Source: the human T2T-CHM13v2.0 reference genome, Homo sapiens
Length of the DNA stretch: 64,000 bases
Assembly (NCBI RefSeq): GCF_009914755.1
Contig: NC_060928.1
Strand: one strand, 5' to 3'
The position numbers and the translations under genes are program-made. The first letter of the stretch is position 1. Each line of letters opens with the position of its first letter. Under the pieces are notes generated by a model. That model searched no databases. It saw only the letters and a program-made list of their open reading frames with translations, and was not told the origin of the DNA. This document shows positions 55,690-64,000 of the stretch, piece after piece.

Positions 55690-56436
55690 TCAAAAAAACA
55701 AAACAAAAAAACAAGTCAGATTATGTCATTCCTATGTCTGCTGTCTCCCTGTCTCTTTTGGAAGAATAAAAGTCCACCCCCTCACCTCCATTACTCTTCC
55801 CCTGGCTCCCTCTTCTCCAGCCACAGTGGCCTCCCGAGGTTCGTGAACAGTCCAGGCAAGTTTCTGCTTCAGGGCTTTTCCATGTGTTCCTCCCTCTACC
55901 TGGAACGCTCTTTCTCCGGCGCATTCCTCACCACCTTAGATCTTTGCTCAGAAATCACCTTCCCAGACAACTCTATAAAATTGCTATTTCTTCCATCCAT
56001 AACTTAGTTTATTCTTTTCCATAGCTCTCATCGCCTTCTAATATACTGCATAATTGTCTTATTTATTGTTATTTATTGTTCATTGTCTGCCTCCCCGATG
56101 GAATGCCAGCCCCATAAGGGCAGAGATTTTATCTGTTTTGTTCACTGCTGTATCCTCAGTGCCCAGAGCAATGTGGGGCACACAGCAGTGCTCAGTAGTT
56201 ATGTGTGGGATGAATGAACAATGAGAGATTATGTGATTAGGAAGAAAAGCTGTCAATCATCAGAACCGGCTGATTGACTGCAAGGTCCTGGCTAAGCACA
56301 GCAGGGGTAGAATCTCTCTAGTGGACACATGACATGAACACCCTAAATCTGGGGCCATTCTTTCTGTGCTGGGTTTCGTCTCCCTTCACACATTTCATGG
56401 AGTTGGTAGTGACCCAGGTTCCCCAGGTGAGCTTAC

Positions 56437-56612
56437 TTGTTTCAGTCTGAATGCTTCTACCAGGGCAGTTGCATGGTCAGGCAGGAGTGGGAAGGAGAGG
56501 CGTGGCCCCGTGTAACTGTCGGGTACCTCTATGGATTCATAGTCACTGCATTTCTTCATCTCGGAGTCCTGGGCGAATCTGTCCTCAGTGAATATGCGGG
56601 TCAGGAAGTCCC
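56437..56612 (-). CDS. PPEF2: PPEF2 exon 5 (RDFLTRIF...SYTGPRLSFPL...AFRLKQ)
   Basis: AG acceptor, GTAAGC donor, 176 nt, frame continuous. Confidence 0.95.
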
Positions 56613-57659
56613 CTAGTCCAGATAGAAAAGGTGGATCAGCTTATGATCATCTGATCATGCAGTCTGTGGGCACTATAGAATAGTCCTTGGCTGGGCACGG
56701 TGGCTCTCTAATCCCAGAAATTTGCGGGGCCAAGGAGGGAGGATTGCTTGAGCCCAGGAGTTTGAGAACAGCCTAGGCAACATAGGGAAACCTTGCCTCT
56801 ACAAAAAAAATTTAAAAATTTAGCCAGCCATGGTGTCACACACCTGTAGTTCCAGCTACTCAAGAGGCTGAGATGGGAGGATCACATAAGCCTGGGATGC
56901 AGAGGTTTCAATGAGCAGAGATGATACTACTGCACTCCAGCCTGAACGATAGAGTGAGACCCTGTCTCAAAAAAAAAAAAAAAAGTCCTTCCCTGGACTA
57001 TTGAAGCAGGACATGGTTAATCTGGCTTCAGCTTCAGCTCCAGCACAGAAGAGGAAAAAGGAAGGAGAAAGTGACAACAGTCTAGGATGGGCAGGAGGAA
57101 AAAGTCATGCTTTCTACTTTTATTCTAAAAGATCAAGATTTGTCAGACTTAGAGAGTACAGAAATTTAGGGACCTGGATTTGCAAGCAGAAGGAAAGGGG
57201 AAAGCCAGTGTGGAAAAATCACAGGTATTTATGTTGCATTTAGTGAGCGCAACAGGTGCATCAGACCTGGCAGTGCCTTCCAGCAGCTTCCAGCTGCCAG
57301 CATTGGCATCTCCAGACTGAGGACTTATTTCCTGGATCCGGATGGCAGGCCAGAAATGCTATGGAATTAACAACCTCCTGGCTTGGCTCAGTGGTTCACG
57401 CTTGTAATGCCAGCACTTTGGGAGGCCGAGGCAGGTGGATCGCTTGAGGCCAGGAGTTCAAGACCAGCCTGGTTAACATGGTGAAAGCCCATCTCTACTA
57501 AACATATAAAAAATCAGCCAGATGTGTTGGTGCACACCTGTAATCCCAGCTACTTGGGTATCTGAGGTTCAATCACTTGAACCCGGGAGGTAGAGGTTGC
57601 AGTGAGCCAAGATCATGCCACTGCACTCCAGCCTGGGTCACAGAACGAGACTCTGTCTC

Positions 57660-57692
<33 letters not shown>

Positions 57693-58126
57693 GCCTCCTT
57701 CCTATACTTCTCTCCCACCTCCCCAGCCGCTTTCAACCAATGACTCCTGGAGTTGACACAGAAAAACTCCAGTTCCCTTTGCCTGCAGGGGGTATAATTC
57801 TGAGGCTTGCGTTTTGCACTGTTTCCTAGGCACACTGAGTTGCTGGACTGGCTGCGATTCCTTTCCTGAATCCCTTCCCCACTCCCTCCCACCCCCAGGG
57901 TTTCTTGAACTTAATAAATGAATTCCTTGCGTCCAAACTCTTGTCTCCAGGTGTGTGTTCAGGAGAACCTGGCATAAAACCCCAGTCTGCCATTTACTGC
58001 TCAGCCCCTTGCTTATTCCCTGGCTGTCACCAGATTCACGGTTTCACTCCCTGTGCATCCCCCACCTCACCGTGTAATCTATGGCCTTGCGACAGGAGGA
58101 CATGACATGTGGCAGTTCATACTCAC

Positions 58127-58184
58127 TGTCGTTGTGGCTGCTGGGGATGAAGTGATCCATGAGATAGCTGAAGAAGTCATGGAG
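58127..58184 (-). CDS. PPEF2: PPEF2 exon 4 (LHDFFSYLMDHFIPSSHND)
   Basis: ctgcag acceptor, GTGAGT donor, 58 nt. Confidence 0.95.
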
Positions 58185-58329
58185 CTGCAGAAGAACCCAA
58201 GGAGACGTGGCTTTAGAGGTGAGCGAAAAGAGAACCCACAAGTAGTCCAGTTGGCCTCACTTTAGGAGCACCCGAGCCCTGCTGCCCAAGGGAGAGCAGG
58301 AGGCGGCTCCGTCCCACATCTCATTGTAC

Positions 58330-58457
58330 CTTGACTTGGTCTTGCTGCCCAGCATATTCTATAGACTGGAAGATGCTCCAGGTGCAACGCCGCCTCATCT
58401 CCAGGCGGGCCACGTAGCGCCGGTACCATCTCTGGATCAGGGCTGCTGCCTTGAAGG
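58330..58457 (-). CDS. PPEF2: PPEF2 exon 3, IQ calmodulin-binding motif ([24 protein letters not shown]...QDQVK)
   Basis: tag acceptor, GT donor, 128 nt, phase 1 to 0. Confidence 0.96.
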
Positions 58458-59681
58458 CTATGACACCGATGGAGAAGCAAGCCTGTGAGCTCGGACTCCC
58501 TGGGCCAGGGGTTTGGGGGTAGGGAGAGGAAGCTGCTCAGCCCTCTCCCACTGTATATGTGAGGACAAGATGGAGCAGAAGCACTACCCATTGACGCCCA
58601 TAGGAAGTATTTCCCTTTCTGCTGGCAATAGTGCTTTTCCCCATTTCCTGCCCCTCCCCTTCATTCCTGCCTGATGGTTATACTCATATCACTGTAGGTT
58701 GATTAGAATTCCCATGTATTGATGAAAACATTTCTGTATAGGGATGAAAAGGTTGGACTGCCAGGATTCCGAGAAGGAGATGTAAACTCATGAGATTGCA
58801 AGGATGCAGCATCCCTGACAGGTTATAATGCGGGGGTGGGGTGGACATTTTGATATTGTGACAATAGACTGGATGTCAGGACACCTGGGATCTAGACCTA
58901 GAACTGCCCTGACAAGCTCTGTGGTTTCAGACAAGTCATCTGGGGCCTCAATGTCCTCATCTGGAAAAGGGGCGGGGCCAGATGAAGACTAGGAAAAGCA
59001 AACAATAAACGAATACTCAAATGAATGCATCATACGATGTCAGGGGGTAGCAACTGTGTCCCAGCTCCCATGCTTGCCATCCCCAGTTCCATGATATCCC
59101 TACAGGCTTTAAGCACCCCCGTCATAAGATAGACAGCACTGACCATGCAGTCCCCCACATGGCCACTGGGCCTCTCATTTTTGCCAGGACCTGTGCTAGG
59201 TGACCAGGTAGGGCAGGTTAGGGTGTGGAGTTTCATTCTTTATATAAGGTTTAGGACCTGTGTGGTCAAGTATTGTTGCCAGAGAAGGGAACAGCTGTCC
59301 ACATAACTAGATTCTTTTTAAGCTCCAAGGCTTAGATACACTGCTGGTGATGAATGGACTATTTGTGGATAAAGCTGGATTAGAAATCCTGCAGGCTGGA
59401 TTAGAAATCCTGCAGGCTGACTCAGGTCAACCTCATAAAGAGTAGACAGATTGATTTAATATGTTTCGTTTGCATTAGACAGATAATAGAATTCTTGCTG
59501 ATTTCCCTAAGAGGAAAGATGATGGTGACATGGGAAAAGAGAAGCTGGGAGGAACTTAAACAAAGATAAATTTGATTTCCTATGAAAAAAATTCATACTA
59601 CTAGTATTTCTCAAAGGCACTCACTAAATAGTAAGCGATGAGGTTGAACCCCACTGACTGACTTCTGTAAAACCATGTTCA

Positions 59682-59954
<273 letters not shown>

Positions 59955-59965
59955 CTAGAGACTCT

Positions 59966-59998
59966 GACACACACACACACACACACACACTCACACAC
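59966..59998 (+). repeat. (CA)n microsatellite replacing an Alu tail
   Basis: Read directly. Confidence 0.9.
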
Positions 59999-61612
59999 AA
60001 AAGAGAATAGTGAATGAAAGGTCCAGGGCTGGTGCTACAGATTCTTTAGAGATTCCTGGTAAACATGCAGGTTGCTACACCTCACCCTGGACCTGTAACA
60101 TCAGAATCTCTACCGCTGGAATCCAGGAAGGAATCTGAAGGTTTAACAAGCTCCATACATAATTCATACTTGTGCTAAAGTTTAAGGACCACTGAAGAAG
60201 ATCATGGACATCAATGTTGTCTGCTAACACCTTGCCCTGAGCATTCTATGGCCAGTGCTGCCAATGATGAGACATACGTATTACATCCTCAGTCTTGCTT
60301 TGGCTACTCAGGCAGCAGAAGTGGGCAACACCTTTCATTCTCTTTTTTTCTTCTCTTTTTTTCTTCCTCCCGGTTGACTATCTGGTAGGGTGTGGTGGGG
60401 AGCTGGCTTGCTTTCAATTGAGATGGGCTCTGGGAAGTGCAGGATCTTTTAATATCCTTTATCCCATCATGTATTTTTAATAGCACAATGCAAAAATGTA
60501 TAGGCCCCTCTTACTTGGGCCATGTGTAAACTAAATTATTAGGGTACAAGTTACAAATACACCTGGGCTGTAAAAACTCTACATATAACAACACTGTGAG
60601 AAAATTGTGAACCAAGGCAATGCACAGTAGGGTATGGGAGAATAGGTAAATTATTTAAGAAAGATAGAACAGAGAATTTTTTTGATGGTTACCCTCTTAT
60701 TTTTATTATCTTTGTCAAGAATATTTATGTCTCTATATACAACACTGATTTAAAGGAAAAAAATGATGCCTCTAGGAAGAAGTACCTTTCTGTAATGGAA
60801 GTATAAGCTTGCCAAAAGGTGCAATAAAAACTTAATGAATTATGACATCCCTTTAAGGAAAATAGAGAGCCTAATATCGACTTCCAATAAGAAATGGCAT
60901 GCTTAAGCAGATGTAGGACTCCCTCACACTCCAACACATTAAGAAAAGCTGCATAAAATAAGCTAAATTTCTTTTTAACCAATAGTTGAAATCAAAAGCA
61001 TTGAAGGGAGATCTCCGGGTGCCAGAAATGAAGACGGAACCCATAGCCAAAGGCAGTTAGAGGCACTGAAGTCAGGCAGGCCCCAGGGGAATCTCAACCA
61101 GACACATGTCTCAGGAGCTGGGGTTTAACACCTGTATGGGGATGAGAGTGAGTTCCTGGGTTCTGTGCATGGCAGGGAGTGGTAACTGGACTGTCTGTGA
61201 AAAGGCAGGAGCTGGGGAAGTTTCTGTACCTTGCGTGATCTAATAAATCTCTGCCTACCGGCCCCTGTGGTAGCAGGAGCTGAGCTGACCTAGAACTCAG
61301 TGAGATAGAAAGTCTCAGCCTGTGGCGTGTGTGGGTTGAATTCGTGTTATTCACAAGATAAGGAAACCCTGAGCTGAAGCTAATTCCAAAATTGGTCCAA
61401 ACAAGTGACAAACTGGGAAAAAATATTTGCAATTTATATCACAGTTGATATCCCTACCATATTAGAAATGATTTCACTCGGTCACCCAGGCTGGAGGGCA
61501 GTGGCATGATCATAGCTCACTGTAGGCTTGAACTCCTGTGCTCAAGCAATCCTCCCACCTCAGGCTCCTGAGTGTCTAGGACTACAGAGGTGCTCGCCAC
61601 CACACCCAGCTA

Positions 61613-62309
<697 letters not shown>

Positions 62310-62392
62310 TCATCTCAGCCTTCTAAAGTGCTGGGATTACAGGTGTGACCCACAACTCCTGGCCTATTGTTTTAAAAAAAAAATTGTTAGAT

Positions 62393-62410
62393 TGGCCACT
62401 AGAGGGAGCT
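62393..62410 (+). promoter_or_regulatory. CTCF motif TGGCCACTAGAGGGAGCT in intron 2
   Basis: Near-consensus core. Confidence 0.6.
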
Positions 62411-62759
62411 CATGCTTCCTTCTTCCCACCTCATGACCTTTGGACGTGCTCTACCCTCTGCCTGGAATGTGTTTCATCCCCTCTTTGCCCAACCTTATTT
62501 CATTCATTTGTACCTGGGTAGTTTGGGATCAACCCCAATGGACAACACTAACTTCCTGAGCGAATGTTAATTCTGTCAAATATACTTCAACTGGACATTT
62601 TGGTGGGCATGTCACAAGGAGGAGAAGCTGACCTCTAAGAGCTGGCCTGAGGAGAAATTTAAGGGTTTTTCTGCTTCTACCCTCAGAACCCCCAACCCTC
62701 TCCATGCAATATGGGCTTTGTGGTACCCACAGCTGGTTTGGAAAGTGGGAAACACGTAC

Positions 62760-62814
62760 CTCTCTCTGCATTCTGGAAAGCAAAATGATGTTGGGTGGAG
62801 GTGCCGCTTCCCAT
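62760..62814 (-). CDS. PPEF2: PPEF2 first coding exon (exon 2): MGSGTSTQHHFAFQNAER; probable acceptor puts exon start at 62872
   Basis: ATG at 62814; MGxxxS myristoylation consensus; donor AG|GTACGT; upstream ttcattttgtcag acceptor. Confidence 0.95.
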
Positions 62815-62949
62815 AGTTTAAGCGCAATGCTCCTGCAGGACGCAGCAGATCCAGAGGACAGTGAGCTGTTTGCTGACAAAATGAAGAGAGAATCTGTAAT
62901 AGGAGATGCAGGCAGAGTATTAAATCGGGTGGGCCAAATTGTCTATGAA

Positions 62950-63995
62950 TCATGTGAGAGTATCCTCTCCACCTCTCCAGTCTAAGTGCACAAGATGTTC
63001 CTCCCCTGAGAGTTCCCTCCATTTGTCATTCCCTAGGTCTCCCGTTTTCAACCTTTCCACTGCCTTTTCCTTTCAGTCTAGAAACATACTGAAATCTCTT
63101 ATTTTGCATTCTCAAAGCAATTCATCCGCCACCTCCTCCTCCCTTGACCTCCTATATTCCTCTAACTGTCACCCAACCTCTCTTGTCTTCTCATCCAGGT
63201 TTATCTCAAGGGTAGACTACAGTTTTCTCTTTACTTCCTCTCAAAATCACCTTTTTCATCCTCACTATTGATCAAAGCCTTTCCTGATGCCTCTAATGTC
63301 TTCATCTTTTCAGTCCTTACCTTGCCAGAACAGCAAGGCCATCTGTCTCCATAGGCCTACCTTTCTTTCTTTCTTTCTTTCTTTTTTGAGACAGAGTCTT
63401 TCTCTGTCACCCAGGCTGGAGTAGTGCAGTGGCACAATCTTGGCTCCCTGCGAGCTCCGCCTCCTGGGTTCACGCCATTCTCACCCCCTCAGCCTCCCGG
63501 TTAATTTTGTTTTTGCATTTTTAGTAGAGACGGGGTTTCGCTGTGTTAGCCAGGATGGTCTCTATCTCCTGACCTTGTGATCCGCTTGCCTCGGCCTCCC
63601 AAAGTGCTGGGATTACAGGCGTGAGCCACTGCGCCTGGCCAGGCCACACCTTTATTTCAATTCTACACCTTGAGCTTCTGTGATACTAAACTCTTATGTT
63701 TGCTCCCATCTTCCTGACTACTTACTGTCTCTGCTTCTTGAGCTCATTTTCCTCTGTCTGTCCCTTATATGTTGATTTTTATTTGCATTCTAGTCTCAAA
63801 TATCTGTTGATCTCACGTGGTATATGCTCCCTGGCTGGTTTAATTAACTCTCACATTTTCAGCTATCACTTCCTACCTCTTAGATCTCTGTCTCCATCCC
63901 AGATGATCCCTAAACTTCAGCCCCACATATTCAGCTCCCTGCTAAACACTTTGATTGGGGTGTCTCAGACTCCAAACAGAACCCATCTTCCAGGC
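62950..63995 (-). mobile_element. L2 fragments in intron 1, with an AluY-like element at ~63360-63640
   Basis: Pyrimidine-rich L2 signature (ccccacatattcagctccctgctaaacact). Confidence 0.55.
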
Positions 63996-64000
63996 CATGT

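Overview
Human genomic DNA (Alu-dense, with an AluYa5). Positions ~25980-64000 hold PPEF2 (Ser/Thr phosphatase with EF-hands 2, rdgC family) on the minus strand. Sixteen coding exons were rebuilt from splice sites and give 2262 nt (753 aa + stop); non-coding exon 1 is inferred to lie beyond the window. Positions 1-26000 are repeat-rich intergenic DNA. The main unexpected structure is a ~1 kb inverted copy of catalytic exon 7 plus flanking introns (donor ~53130-54483) inserted into an AluSc in intron 10 (45332-46390). It keeps intact splice sites, and the two arms bracket exons 8-10, an in-frame 354-nt block of catalytic motifs. Also seen: a MER53 terminus supplying the short-isoform acceptor, a 28S rRNA retrocopy lacking the sarcin-ricin loop nested in an Alu, a GC-AG intron and a duplicated CRX-type motif. 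Repeat family names come from recalled consensus sequences and repeat boundaries are approximate.
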